From the IMG/VR virus record IMGVR_UViG_3300010354_000472, positions 1 to 28,130 of that record: a stretch of 28,130 nucleotides of DNA. One strand, written 5' to 3'. Shown here piece by piece: positions 7,501-17,656 of the stretch (position 1 is the first letter of the stretch; the number at the start of each line of letters is the position of its first letter). The notes under the pieces are model-generated. The model saw only the letters and a program-made list of their open reading frames with translations. It was not told the origin of the DNA and did not search any database. Source of the DNA: a virus (lineage: Duplodnaviria; Caudoviricetes). The translations under genes were made by a program, and so were the position numbers.

Positions 7501-10500
7501 ATTTGTTAAATTTAATTCATTAGGGGTTGGAACTCACATTGTTGGATACCCCCCAATTCAAATACATGTAGAAGCAAAATTATCGATAGGATCTACTACT
7601 GTAATTAATACTGAACTAAAACCTATTGTACTAGGATCAATCGAAGATGTTTATTTGGAAGATGGTGGAATTGGCTATGGATGTACAAATATTATTAACT
7701 ATCACAGAAGACCTAATGTTGGAATTGCAAGTATAACTGCTGAAGCAATTTTGAAACCTATTATTATTGATGGATCAATCGTTGATGTTCAAATTATTAA
7801 TAGAGGAAAGGGATTCAGAGAAAATTCTGAAATTATAATCTATGGTGAAGGAAAATATGCTCAAATAGAACCCATCGTTCAGGATGGTAAACTAGTAAAT
7901 GTTAATATTGTTTTTGGTGGTATTGGGTACAAATCCTCAAATACTATACTTGTATTAAGAAATAGAGGACAAGATGCTAAGTTTTTAGCTAATGTAAAAG
8001 AATGGAAAATAAATCAGGTTGTAAAAAGTAAAAATACAATTTCTGAAGAAGATGATGGAATACTTTATCCAAGTAAAAATCCAAATTCAGAATTGCAGTT
8101 CTTTAATTTCTACGTTCCTAAAAATTTAAGATATCAATCTTCCGATAATTTTACGGATTCAAACAAAGAAAATACAGGTACTCTAAATCACTCTCCAATT
8201 TTAGGTTATGCGTATGATGGTAATCCAATCTATGGCGCATACTCATATGATACTACTAGTGGTGGATCTATAAGGAGGATGAATTCTAGTTATGTGTTAA
8301 ATCCTAATTTAACATTAGGGATAAGGCCTCCATCGTTTGAGAGTGGATTTTTTATTGATGATTATGAATATGATGGATCTGGAGATCTAGACCAACACAA
8401 TGGAAGATTCTGTATTACTCCAGAATATCCAAATGGAACTTATGCATATTTTTGCACTATAGATGTTAATGCATCAAATGAGGCTATTCCAAGATATCCA
8501 TATGTTGTAGGCCCATATTTCTATAATAAACCACTAACTGAGAATTTCTTACCATCATATAACCAGGATCTTGATATTTTTACTAAAAATCTTACCAGAA
8601 ATGTAGGACCTTATTACTTAAATAGATCAAGTTCATATTATGATTTAATTGATAAAGTTTCGGATGAGTATAAACAGGAGTTTTACGTAAGTTCAATAAA
8701 TTCAGGTAAAATAGAAGATGTTTCTATATTCTCTCCTGGTGATAATTATAAAATAAATGATCAAGTAGATGTAGACACATCAGATACTGGTGGAATCCAA
8801 TCAAATATAGTTGTAAGTGAATTAGATGGCAGAGAAATAGAGTCTTTCAGTTTATTTGAAGATTTAATTCCAAATGTAGAATTTTTCATAAGAAATCCAA
8901 ATACTGTTGTAAAAACAAGTTCTCCACATGGAATTAAGGACGGCCAACCAGTTTTAATAAGTGGAGTATCAACAATCACAGCATCCAAGTTTGAAGGAAT
9001 AAAATATGCACAAGTTGCAGAAAAAACTTCTCAATTACTTGATAATATTGGTACAACGGGTGTTACTGGATTATCTACTTTTATAACATTAAAAGATATC
9101 AATGGATTTAAAGTTAATGATTTTATCGGTATAGGCACAGAAGTATTATTAATCACCGATATCGATTCAAGAAGATCTGGATTTTATGTAAATAGACTCC
9201 AGAATACTGGAATCCATACTGTAGGAATTGACAATGTAGTTTTATTATCCAGAGAATTTACAATTCCTACGGGAGATGTGAAAGAAGTAACCTTTGAAAA
9301 CTACACGACATTTTTTGACCCTAAATTTTCCGTAGGTGTAGGTACAATCGGATCAACTCGCACAGTTGTTGGATTCGGAACCACATCTTTTGAAACTAAA
9401 TTTATACCTTCTAGAAGCATATATTTACCATCACATAAGTTTTACACTGGTCAACCATTGGTTTATAATTCTGGTTTTGCTGGAACATCACTGTATGTTA
9501 ATAATGTAGGTTCTGCGACATCTATTAAATTGTCGAATAATCAAATAGTTTATGCAGTAAATCTTGGAAAAGATTATATTGGATTATCTACGATAGGATT
9601 TACGAGTTCTACTGGAATCGGAACTAATTTAAATTCTCTAGAGTTTTGGGATCAAACTTTTGCTTATGGAGTTATTGGAGCCGCTCACTCATTAACTACT
9701 TTAAATCCTAAAATCACAGGAACTGTAGAAAAAATACTAGGAGTAGTAACCACCAAATCAAATCATAATTTGAGTAACGATGATATTATCACACTTAAAT
9801 TAACTACAGATTACAATGAAGTTATTAAGGTCGTTTTTGACCCAGTAAACAGAAAAGTTTTAATGAGAGAAATTAATTTTTCTAATACTGATGTTTCTGT
9901 ACCTGATAGTTCTATAGATATTTCTTCATATGATGGTAATATAGAAACTGGTGATAAAGTTGTCTATATTTCGACTTCTCCCATAAATGGACTTAATGGT
10001 TATGGTGTTTATTATGTTTTAAAAACAGATTTTAATTCTATAAGATTATGTCAGTATAGAAGTGATATTAATGAATCCAAATTTATTAATTTTTCTTCGG
10101 ATGGTGGAGTTGGTACTACTCACAAATTATATTTTGTTAATCCACAAATTTCATGTGTAAGAACTACAAAAATAGAATTTGATTTATCTGACAGCAGTTT
10201 GAACAATCTTGACTTACAGTTTTACTTTGATTCTAATTTTATTCAAAAAATTAATGAAAGAACCGGATTTTTCGTAAGTAGAGAAGGAGTTCCGGGAACT
10301 GCAGATTCTAAAATTATTTTAGATCTTTCCGCACAATTTTTCCCAATTTATTATAATCTGTTTCCTAAGGGATCATCTGACGAAAGTAAAAAACAAATAT
10401 CATCGGATGATGATGTAAAGTCTCATAACAAAATTTCTATAATAAATCATCAACTCAATAGTAAATTTAAAGTATCAGTTTCTTCTGATAAAACATTTTC

Positions 10501-13500
10501 TTTCTTTAATACTAAAAAGTTAACTTTTATTGAAACTAATATTATTATCCAAAGTGCCACGAAGTTTTCATATAAAACCACATCTACCAGTGCATTAGGC
10601 CCTATATCTAAATTAAAAATCAATTTTTCAGGCAGAGGTTACCGAAAATTACCTAGTATTAGAGGAGTACAAAGTGTTTCCGGTAAAAATGCAGTATTAA
10701 AACTAATATCTCCAAATGTGGGAAGAGTTGAGACCTTCAGTAGAGTTAAAGATGGTTTTGATTACCCAACAGATCCAACACTTTCACCATCTTTGAGTAT
10801 ACCAACCGTTATTGGAATAAAAGATATACGGACCATAGATTATATTGGAATCATTACTGGAGGTAGAAGATATAATACTTCACCAAAACTGATAGTAAAA
10901 AATGATACTAGTGGAATTGAACTTAATGCAAAAACATCTGGAGGATCTGTAACTTCCGTAGATATTATTAAAAATTCTACTTCATTATCTTCACCATTGG
11001 ATATTATCCCAATATATAATTCAAATGGTTATGAAATTGATGCAATTTCTGCAGTTGGTAATTTAGTAACATTAGAATTAACTAACAATCCTACTTTCAA
11101 CCCCTTCATATCTTCTGGATTCGGAAGGACTGATTATGTATATCCATTCAAAATTGGAGATAAAATTTTTATTGAAAATTGTAGATTAACTGATTCTACA
11201 TTAGATGAAGCTAATTTTAATTCATCTTCATATAATTATTCCTTCTTTGATGTTGTTGGCGTAAACACTAACAATAATACAGTAACTTATAATATGGCTG
11301 GAATTTCTACAGGTTCCTTTGGTACATATAGTGACGAGTTGAATTTGGGTATTGTTATTAACAAAAATGACATGCCCGAGTTTAGTATGGTATTGAAAGA
11401 TGACGTTAGTTACATTTCAAATGAAAAAGTATCTTCAGAGACATTTTTCGGTACAGTAATGGAAAATGGTTGGGATAATAAACTCAATCAAATGAGATTA
11501 AAAAATATTTCTGGTGAAATAAACATAGGAGATAAAATTTTTGGAGAAATATCTAAAATTAATGGTACAGTAGAATATTTTGATGTATTTAATTTGTATG
11601 CTACTTTGGGAGTTTCTAGAGATAAAACATCTTCTATAGATCTTTCTTCTGGTATTTTAAATGATTCCTTACAAAAAATTTCCGACAATTTCTATTATCA
11701 AAAATTCTCATATTCTATTAAGGGAAGTATTCCATATAATGTATGGAGAGAGTCCGTAAGGTCAATTGTGCATCCTTCCGGATTTAAAGAATTTTCTGAT
11801 TTAGAAATTTTAACCAAACCAACTTTAAATGAAGTTAATTTGGGAATTGCCAAATCTTCAAACATGAAGCCAAGATTGTCAGCAACAGATTCATTCACAT
11901 TCATTAATATTGATCAAACAGTACCTGTAAATCTCAAGACAAATTTTGCTAGAGTTTATGAAGAAGAATTATTGCCCGATGGATCTATTCAGAATGTATA
12001 CCTCGATGAAGGAATTGATTTAAGTTCTTACATTATTAATAAAACAAATAAGGTTGTTGAGATTGACGATATTAGTGATCAATTTGAAGGAAGTTCTTTA
12101 CAATTGTTGGACGAACGTTTTTCTGGTGCTTCGGATTTACTAGATGATAATAAAATTTTTATTCAGGAAGAGGTTGTAGGATTTGTTACTGCAAAATATC
12201 CAGGTATTAGTACAAACGTTGGTTGGAGCAAGACTGTATTCTACAATAGTGTTGGATATGTCATTGATGCAGTTTCTCATGATCTCAAATATCAATCTAA
12301 TAATGAATCTATCGAAGAGGGACTGAATTATTGGGCCGGACTTGGAACTAGTTATGTTGCAGGAGTATCTACTCAAACTATTGATGCATTTAAATATATT
12401 ATCGATTTATCAAAATATGTTATTAATAATGTTGGGGTTAAAACATCATACCAACTTGGCAATTCTGTTGGAATATCTTCTGTCATTTATAATAATATAA
12501 CAGGCATAACAACTGTTACAACTACAACCAGTCATGGATTATCAGCAACAAACACTAACTATGTTGTTCTAAAAAATATATCATTCTCATTTAATCCTGG
12601 AAGTGGAATAACCACTGCAATTTTCCCGAATTCTAGTCTAGCCACCGGACCTTTAACACTCGAAAAATATGTTTACAGAGTAGAAGTTGTTGATTCATTA
12701 AGATTTAGAATAAATGTAGGTCCATCAACCATTACTTACACTTATGTAAGCGGTGGTACTGCCCAGGGAGGTTTTATATCTACATCCCAATATCTAAATT
12801 ATGCAGTTTTACCTGATTTTGATTGCAGTCCAAATTACAGTGAAAACTGTTATGTAGATGTTTTCACATCGATTAGTGATTATGTGGGAATAATTACTAC
12901 AACTATTGGAATTGGTACAACAGCAAGTCCCAATTCTATAATATATCCATCTTTAGCTAAGGGTGGATCAGTTGTTGGATTAACCACATTTAAATTAAAA
13001 AATAAAGGAACTTCTTTATTCAAACATGAATTTTCTGGTAATGAAGTTGATATTGTTAATGATAAATTTATAATTTCAAATCACAATTTCCAGTCGGGAC
13101 AGGAATTGATATATTCATATTCTGGAGGAAGTCCAGTTGGAATTGCAACTACCTCTTATGTTTCTGGTGATGTTGACACACTATTGAATGTTTATAATTT
13201 TAGTGGAACTGCTATTTTAGAAAATGGTTATAATGTTGCAATTACAACGACTATTTCTGGAACAGTTCCAACAGGCCCAACTGGGACTATAAGTTATACC
13301 CAAGTGTTGGGAGTTAATACAACTGGACTTGGAACAAATGCATTATTTAATGTATTGATCTCTTATAACGGTGGTGGTGTGGCTATATCCACATCAATTA
13401 TTCCAACTTATGGTGGATATGGATATAACCTTGGGGAACAAGTTTCTATTTCTGGAACTCATTTTTCTGGAACAAGTCCTACTAATGATTTGAGATTTAA

Positions 13501-16500
13501 TATCTCAAAAACAGGACCAACGGTAATACAAGCCCAGGCAAATACAAGTTATTCTTCAGTTCCTTCTTCAGATTTAAGTGGAGCAACTTTTGATGTTTCT
13601 AGAGATTCAACTGGTGCGGTTACATATGTAAAAGTTTTAAATGGTGGGTCTAATTATACCAACAATTCTGTTATTTCTATAGCAGGAACTTATATTGGTG
13701 GAGTAGGTTCTAGAGATAATATATCATTTACGCCATTGGAACTTGGCGCCAAAGTTTTACCAACTTCAGTATTTGTTTATAAATTAAATGATAATGAGTT
13801 TAAACTTTCTGGATTATCTACAAGTATATTTTTCAACTTAACTGGAATAGGTACTGCAACACATTCACTATCATATAAAGAACCAAACTCTAGTGTAATT
13901 ATTACTATAGATGGAATAATACAGAAAGCTGTTTCTAGAAAATCACTAAATGTTTCTTTTGCTTCTAGTGTTTCTTCAGCATCAACAACAATAATAAGTA
14001 TTTCTTCTGGAATTTCATCTCTATCTACTAACGATATTATTAATATTGATAGTGAATATGTTTCTATTAAAACCATTGGCGTAACCTCTGCGAACCAAGT
14101 AGAAGTTGAACGCGGTTACTTTGGTACAGTTGCATCAGCACACACTGTAGGCGCTAGTGGAACGGTATTAGTCGGTGATTTTAATATCGTTGGAGATGTA
14201 ATCTATTTCGATCAAGCACCAAATGGAAAAATTGGACCAGTAGGGTTAGAAACCGGATCCACATTTGGAGGTAGAGTTTTTAGTAGAAAGTTTGATCCAT
14301 ATATTACGCAAGATAGGAACATTTTATTTGATGACATATCACTATCGTTTACAGGTATTGCAGCAACAGAATTTACTTTAAAATCTGGTGGACAAACTAC
14401 AAGTACCATTTTTAACAATGTAAACAGTTCTACTAATATTAATAATAATCCTATAGTTCTTATTAACAATGTATTCCAAAATCCAACAAGTGATTATACA
14501 GTAGATGGAGTTGGAACAAACGTAATTAAATTCTTATCAGGAACCCCAAATTCTGGAAAAATATCAAAAGTATCAATATCAACCAGTTATGGGTATGCTC
14601 CTAGAATTGGAGCAGCTGCTACTGTAACTGTTTCTGCTGCTGGTACTATTAGTAGTGTAATTGTTACTGGATCTGGATCTGGATATAGGTCTTCTCCAGT
14701 TGTTAGTATTGCATCTACTATTGGATTTGGAGCAAGTGTTGTAGCTACAGTGAGTGCTGCAGGCACAATTTCCGGATTTACTATTGTTAACGCTGGATCT
14801 GGATACACCACAACATCAAGACCAGAAGTTGTAATCGGAATACCAACTGGATATAGTAATCTCAGTTTGGGTTATACTGGCGGAACTTCTGGAGTTGGCC
14901 AAAAGGCAAAACTTACAGTGGAAGTTGGTATGGGTTCGAGTATAATAACATATAAGTTTGATGAACCTGGAGTTGGATATAAAGTTGGTGATAAACTCAC
15001 TCCTATTGGAATAGTAACTGATTCATCACTAAGTTTTGAGCCTTTTGTATTAACAGTTGAAGAAGTGCAAACTGATAGTTTCTTCGGATTTTATCCTGGA
15101 CAATTTGTACAATTTGATGATATTTCAGAATTCTTTAATGGATTTACAAAGAAATTTACACTCACAACTACTTTAAATGGAGTAAAACAAGTTCTAGGAC
15201 TGAGAGTTCCTGATGGAACTGATTTGGACATAACTAATAACATTTTCATATACATAAATGATATTTTACAAGTTCCGAATGTAGCATATAAGTTTTCAGG
15301 AACTAGAGTAATATTCACTGAACCACCGAAATCAGGATCTAAATGCGTTATTTTATACTATAGAGGTTCTTCTACTGATGTTGAATTAATTGACCCACCC
15401 AAAACAATTAAACCCGGAGATACTGTAACAATACAGGAGAATCCTGAAGATTTATTTGACATTTCGCAATTTGATAGAGTTGTTAAAAAAATTACTGCTG
15501 CCGATCAATTTGAAACTTTTAATTATTATTCAGTTGGTATTATTACTGATCCTACAAAAATTAGACCTCTTACTTGGAAGAAACAACTTAATGATACTGT
15601 TATCAATGGTTCTTTATATTCCAAGTCAAGACCGAATTTACAAAGTAATATTAAACCTACTGCAACTATCATTAAAAAAATTGAACCTACAGACACTGTA
15701 ATATATCTTGACAATGCATATCCACTATTTTCAGATTTAGATTCTCTTCCAGAAGATATAAGAGATGTATTAATATTGGAAAATAGATCTATTCAGGAAT
15801 CTCTAGGCGAATGTGTAGTATCATCAGCATCTACAATTTCATCAATTACTATTACTAGTGGTGGAATTGGATATGCTAATACGCAATCACCCAAAGTAAT
15901 CATTTCCGAGTCTTTAATTCTCAAAAAAGATCCTATTTTCAATTGGACTGGTGGTGTTGGACTATCGACTTCGTATGATTTGAAATCTATTAAATATAAA
16001 GATAAATTTATTTCTGTAGGAAATAACTCAGTGTATTCCACAAGTTTTGATGGAATAAATTGGCAAGTTTCTACAGTGGGATTTGGTCAATCTTCTAATT
16101 TTAATTCACTTGATGTAGTGGGAGTTGGAACAAGCAATTTCTTGGTTTCTGTAGGAAATCTTGGACAAGTGATAAAAGCCACAGATTATGGTAATACAAT
16201 ATCTTCATGGACACAAATTCCATTAGAAGAAGAGGTTTCAATCCCTGGTTTTGGAGCAGTCAGTAGAGTAAGTAGTGGATATACTGGCACATTTAATCAA
16301 ATTGTATATTCAAGTGTTACGGATACTTGGGTTACAGTTGGTGTAGCCGGATCAATATTTGTGGGAACAGGAGTAGGTACAGATTCACTTGTCAGTAGAT
16401 ATTCTGAAACTTTATCCGACCTGAATAGTGTATCTTTTGGAGTTGAATATTTTGTTGCTGTTGGTGATGATGGAATAATTAGAACGTCAAATAATGGAAA

Positions 16501-17623
16501 TATTTGGGAATTTGTAAGTTCTCCAGTTATTACCAATTTAAATAAGGTAATTTATGCTGATGGAAAATACGTTGCTGTTGGAGATTATGGAGTAGTTATT
16601 AGATCAGTAGATCGAACTTCTTATGAAATTATTCCAAATAATCTTGGAATTGTAAACATAACAAACATTTATTACAACTATGATTTTTATGTTATTGTTA
16701 CCGCCTTAGGTGATTTATATTATTCCTTTGATTTAAGTAATTGGATTTATAGATCAACATCACAAGCCAACTTTATCAATGATTTAATATTTGTAGATAA
16801 TGTTGGTCCCAATGGAAGGTATGTCGCCATAGGATCTGGAGCTACTGCAATATATGCAGAACCAGTTTATAACAGAGCTGAGGCTATTTCTAGTGTAACT
16901 TCTGGAGTTGTTACTTCCATACAGATTACTAATGGAGGGTTTGGTTATGACTTAAATAATCTACCACCAGTAATAATAGAACCAGATAGTTATAATACAG
17001 AATTAATTAGATCATTTAAAGTTGTTGGTGATCATGGAGTGATTATTGGAGTCACAACATATATTTCTGGAACTCCCGGAATTGGAACAACTTCTCCAAA
17101 GATTTCTTTTACACTAAAATCCGAACAATATGATAATAGTACTTTAGGTATTGGATATTCATCCCTTAATACCTTTGGAATCCTCAATAGTCAATTATCT
17201 AAGGGTGATTATTTTGTTATTACTGATAGTAATGTGGAAACCGGTGGGGACCTAGTGGGAATTACCACACTTCTTGGTGGTATGAGTAACTATCCAAATT
17301 CTAAAATTGGTATAGCAAAATCTTTTATAGATGGAGTTTATATTGTAGAAGATATAACCACACCATCCATTGGTATTGTTACTGTTACGTGCAACTTTGC
17401 TCCTATGGTGGATAATTATGTCAAAGTTTATACAAGAGGTTCAAACAATACTGGAGTTGGAACAAATAATTATTATGGCAAATATAGTTGGGCTAAGATT
17501 TATGACTATCAAAATAGAATTTTAGATAATCCAAAGACTTTTGAAGTTTTTAATGATAATGGAATTTCTGGAATTTCGTCTTCTCCGAAAATTATAAGGA
17601 CTAGAAGTGTAATAAGTAAGTAA
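4517..17623 (+). CDS. gp7: Giant baseplate wedge initiator (gp7-like), 4368 aa, multi-module
   Basis: Lies between gp6 and gp8. N-terminal QIPEF...FLKQYY and IKDLYKSKGT..SYKLLFKILYG, internal DNFYYQKFSYSIK...VHPSGFK.F motifs characteristic of cyanophage gp7; uninterrupted 13.1-kb ORF. Confidence 0.85.
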   Translation: MSEIKRVKISSIIGTQIPEFLSIESPLFSDFLKQYYHSLEYQSGPIDIISNIAKYKNSKTFNNVELTEETALTSDVLSFDDVINVESTKGWPDSYGLLKINDEIITYLSKTETSFQGCIRGFSGIENLESLDNPEFLVFTTTQASEHSDNSVVQNLSNLFLIKFFENFKYEFLPGFESRDFYKDISIENVVYKIKDLYKSKGTDLSYKLLFKILYGTEIEIIKPQDYTISPSSNSYFITKNILVEKISGGNPVDIKGNFLFQNITGIGTVSASIFNVEYRPVADKEFYEISLDSTSFSGNFQVSGKTRILEDIQVNSNTILVDSTVGFANSGTILVKPKNSDFITIRYTGKNINQFTGVTNVTKFLDSGLDLIEEKFAFSYVGVGNTSKVNFRVINVIDNIDFSKTSNLRVGDTISLSGFGKDLYDSYEFNSWIYNIPTNHSIRSISQIDATKFRINLFDKIYFYQNEIILLIDGLGNKTEAEIISVEYSTSDSIKKYSNRILVQVLNSASFNILNSKIVRKKIYKTNHYSNYFPNLENIPAGIQNTYIDSDEKYFYVTSSGLPNYTIFSTDNKNTVSTVGTSVTDTFNVSNHNLFSGELVYYLPETSSGILTGLYYVTKIDDNKLKLSYSKSDIFSKKYIETTSSVDGDSLYKFGYQNKTLKHQKLLKKFYFDNSKPRESFDDLNERTTFNREVGLLINGVELLSPNLFDENIYYGNVTSINVTNFGKDYDVIDVPPLEIKDETGTGLKAHLNISGSVREVKILNAGYGYQEKPKITITGGNGTGCILDSNFVKTRVSAGFKADLNVSTVDNTIQFLNTIPFEDGEEIVYDSNKNSNIPGIVNNSTYYVGILTDNKIKLFNTKTNALQKVNEIDIVGVSSGFHFITTLKNKNTFTKIYVKESGQGYSNRKVRVPSVLSGDNRSAGINTFDSYIFAKSHGFKDFDLVKYSHQGSPISGLSTSINYYVKVIDVNKFRLYEAGIGTTLDDQNYIKNKFVKFNSLGVGTHIVGYPPIQIHVEAKLSIGSTTVINTELKPIVLGSIEDVYLEDGGIGYGCTNIINYHRRPNVGIASITAEAILKPIIIDGSIVDVQIINRGKGFRENSEIIIYGEGKYAQIEPIVQDGKLVNVNIVFGGIGYKSSNTILVLRNRGQDAKFLANVKEWKINQVVKSKNTISEEDDGILYPSKNPNSELQFFNFYVPKNLRYQSSDNFTDSNKENTGTLNHSPILGYAYDGNPIYGAYSYDTTSGGSIRRMNSSYVLNPNLTLGIRPPSFESGFFIDDYEYDGSGDLDQHNGRFCITPEYPNGTYAYFCTIDVNASNEAIPRYPYVVGPYFYNKPLTENFLPSYNQDLDIFTKNLTRNVGPYYLNRSSSYYDLIDKVSDEYKQEFYVSSINSGKIEDVSIFSPGDNYKINDQVDVDTSDTGGIQSNIVVSELDGREIESFSLFEDLIPNVEFFIRNPNTVVKTSSPHGIKDGQPVLISGVSTITASKFEGIKYAQVAEKTSQLLDNIGTTGVTGLSTFITLKDINGFKVNDFIGIGTEVLLITDIDSRRSGFYVNRLQNTGIHTVGIDNVVLLSREFTIPTGDVKEVTFENYTTFFDPKFSVGVGTIGSTRTVVGFGTTSFETKFIPSRSIYLPSHKFYTGQPLVYNSGFAGTSLYVNNVGSATSIKLSNNQIVYAVNLGKDYIGLSTIGFTSSTGIGTNLNSLEFWDQTFAYGVIGAAHSLTTLNPKITGTVEKILGVVTTKSNHNLSNDDIITLKLTTDYNEVIKVVFDPVNRKVLMREINFSNTDVSVPDSSIDISSYDGNIETGDKVVYISTSPINGLNGYGVYYVLKTDFNSIRLCQYRSDINESKFINFSSDGGVGTTHKLYFVNPQISCVRTTKIEFDLSDSSLNNLDLQFYFDSNFIQKINERTGFFVSREGVPGTADSKIILDLSAQFFPIYYNLFPKGSSDESKKQISSDDDVKSHNKISIINHQLNSKFKVSVSSDKTFSFFNTKKLTFIETNIIIQSATKFSYKTTSTSALGPISKLKINFSGRGYRKLPSIRGVQSVSGKNAVLKLISPNVGRVETFSRVKDGFDYPTDPTLSPSLSIPTVIGIKDIRTIDYIGIITGGRRYNTSPKLIVKNDTSGIELNAKTSGGSVTSVDIIKNSTSLSSPLDIIPIYNSNGYEIDAISAVGNLVTLELTNNPTFNPFISSGFGRTDYVYPFKIGDKIFIENCRLTDSTLDEANFNSSSYNYSFFDVVGVNTNNNTVTYNMAGISTGSFGTYSDELNLGIVINKNDMPEFSMVLKDDVSYISNEKVSSETFFGTVMENGWDNKLNQMRLKNISGEINIGDKIFGEISKINGTVEYFDVFNLYATLGVSRDKTSSIDLSSGILNDSLQKISDNFYYQKFSYSIKGSIPYNVWRESVRSIVHPSGFKEFSDLEILTKPTLNEVNLGIAKSSNMKPRLSATDSFTFINIDQTVPVNLKTNFARVYEEELLPDGSIQNVYLDEGIDLSSYIINKTNKVVEIDDISDQFEGSSLQLLDERFSGASDLLDDNKIFIQEEVVGFVTAKYPGISTNVGWSKTVFYNSVGYVIDAVSHDLKYQSNNESIEEGLNYWAGLGTSYVAGVSTQTIDAFKYIIDLSKYVINNVGVKTSYQLGNSVGISSVIYNNITGITTVTTTTSHGLSATNTNYVVLKNISFSFNPGSGITTAIFPNSSLATGPLTLEKYVYRVEVVDSLRFRINVGPSTITYTYVSGGTAQGGFISTSQYLNYAVLPDFDCSPNYSENCYVDVFTSISDYVGIITTTIGIGTTASPNSIIYPSLAKGGSVVGLTTFKLKNKGTSLFKHEFSGNEVDIVNDKFIISNHNFQSGQELIYSYSGGSPVGIATTSYVSGDVDTLLNVYNFSGTAILENGYNVAITTTISGTVPTGPTGTISYTQVLGVNTTGLGTNALFNVLISYNGGGVAISTSIIPTYGGYGYNLGEQVSISGTHFSGTSPTNDLRFNISKTGPTVIQAQANTSYSSVPSSDLSGATFDVSRDSTGAVTYVKVLNGGSNYTNNSVISIAGTYIGGVGSRDNISFTPLELGAKVLPTSVFVYKLNDNEFKLSGLSTSIFFNLTGIGTATHSLSYKEPNSSVIITIDGIIQKAVSRKSLNVSFASSVSSASTTIISISSGISSLSTNDIINIDSEYVSIKTIGVTSANQVEVERGYFGTVASAHTVGASGTVLVGDFNIVGDVIYFDQAPNGKIGPVGLETGSTFGGRVFSRKFDPYITQDRNILFDDISLSFTGIAATEFTLKSGGQTTSTIFNNVNSSTNINNNPIVLINNVFQNPTSDYTVDGVGTNVIKFLSGTPNSGKISKVSISTSYGYAPRIGAAATVTVSAAGTISSVIVTGSGSGYRSSPVVSIASTIGFGASVVATVSAAGTISGFTIVNAGSGYTTTSRPEVVIGIPTGYSNLSLGYTGGTSGVGQKAKLTVEVGMGSSIITYKFDEPGVGYKVGDKLTPIGIVTDSSLSFEPFVLTVEEVQTDSFFGFYPGQFVQFDDISEFFNGFTKKFTLTTTLNGVKQVLGLRVPDGTDLDITNNIFIYINDILQVPNVAYKFSGTRVIFTEPPKSGSKCVILYYRGSSTDVELIDPPKTIKPGDTVTIQENPEDLFDISQFDRVVKKITAADQFETFNYYSVGIITDPTKIRPLTWKKQLNDTVINGSLYSKSRPNLQSNIKPTATIIKKIEPTDTVIYLDNAYPLFSDLDSLPEDIRDVLILENRSIQESLGECVVSSASTISSITITSGGIGYANTQSPKVIISESLILKKDPIFNWTGGVGLSTSYDLKSIKYKDKFISVGNNSVYSTSFDGINWQVSTVGFGQSSNFNSLDVVGVGTSNFLVSVGNLGQVIKATDYGNTISSWTQIPLEEEVSIPGFGAVSRVSSGYTGTFNQIVYSSVTDTWVTVGVAGSIFVGTGVGTDSLVSRYSETLSDLNSVSFGVEYFVAVGDDGIIRTSNNGNIWEFVSSPVITNLNKVIYADGKYVAVGDYGVVIRSVDRTSYEIIPNNLGIVNITNIYYNYDFYVIVTALGDLYYSFDLSNWIYRSTSQANFINDLIFVDNVGPNGRYVAIGSGATAIYAEPVYNRAEAISSVTSGVVTSIQITNGGFGYDLNNLPPVIIEPDSYNTELIRSFKVVGDHGVIIGVTTYISGTPGIGTTSPKISFTLKSEQYDNSTLGIGYSSLNTFGILNSQLSKGDYFVITDSNVETGGDLVGITTLLGGMSNYPNSKIGIAKSFIDGVYIVEDITTPSIGIVTVTCNFAPMVDNYVKVYTRGSNNTGVGTNNYYGKYSWAKIYDYQNRILDNPKTFEVFNDNGISGISSSPKIIRTRSVISK
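6179..8515 (+). other. Discontinuous YHYH-like domain within gp7
   Basis: Three separated segments: YVTSSGLPNY (~6185), GLLINGVEL (~6602), and HSPILGYAYDGNPIYG...DLDQHNGRFCITPEYPNGTYAYF...YPYVVGP (8189-8515). Confidence 0.6.
6293..13110 (+). repeat. Dispersed protein-level repeats in gp7 (H-[GNK]-[LFI]-x-x-G-type beta modules, FCCH-like)
   Basis: His codons at 6293 (HNLFSGELVYY), 7331 (HGFKDFDLVKY), 8927 (HGIKDGQPVLI), 9434 (HKFYTGQPLVY), 9764 (HNLSNDDII), 12533 (HGLSATN) and 13082 (HNFQSGQELIY); several are followed by YYV...D...[FI]xL. Confidence 0.6.
15941..16860 (+). repeat. Beta-propeller (BNR/Ycf48-like blades) inserted near the gp7 C-terminus
   Basis: About seven repeats of [LF]N.V.[YF]...[FY]V[AST]VG..G.I..S.[DN]...W, e.g. 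FISVGNNSVYSTSFDGINW, YFVAVGDDGIIRTSNNGNIW, YVAVGDYGVVIRSVD, YYSFDLSNW. Confidence 0.7.
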
Positions 17624-17629
17624 AATGTA

Positions 17630-17637
17630 ACTAAATA
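17630..17637 (+). promoter_or_regulatory. Late promoter (ACTAAATA) upstream of gp8
   Basis: In the 33-bp gp7-gp8 spacer, 19 bp before ATG 17657. Confidence 0.7.
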
Positions 17638-17656
17638 AAAAAAAGTATGTTCTAAA

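Noticed and set aside
15941-16860. Ycf48/HCF136 photosynthesis auxiliary gene
   Set aside because: It is an in-frame domain of a structural protein with no signal peptide; the blade repeats are generic.
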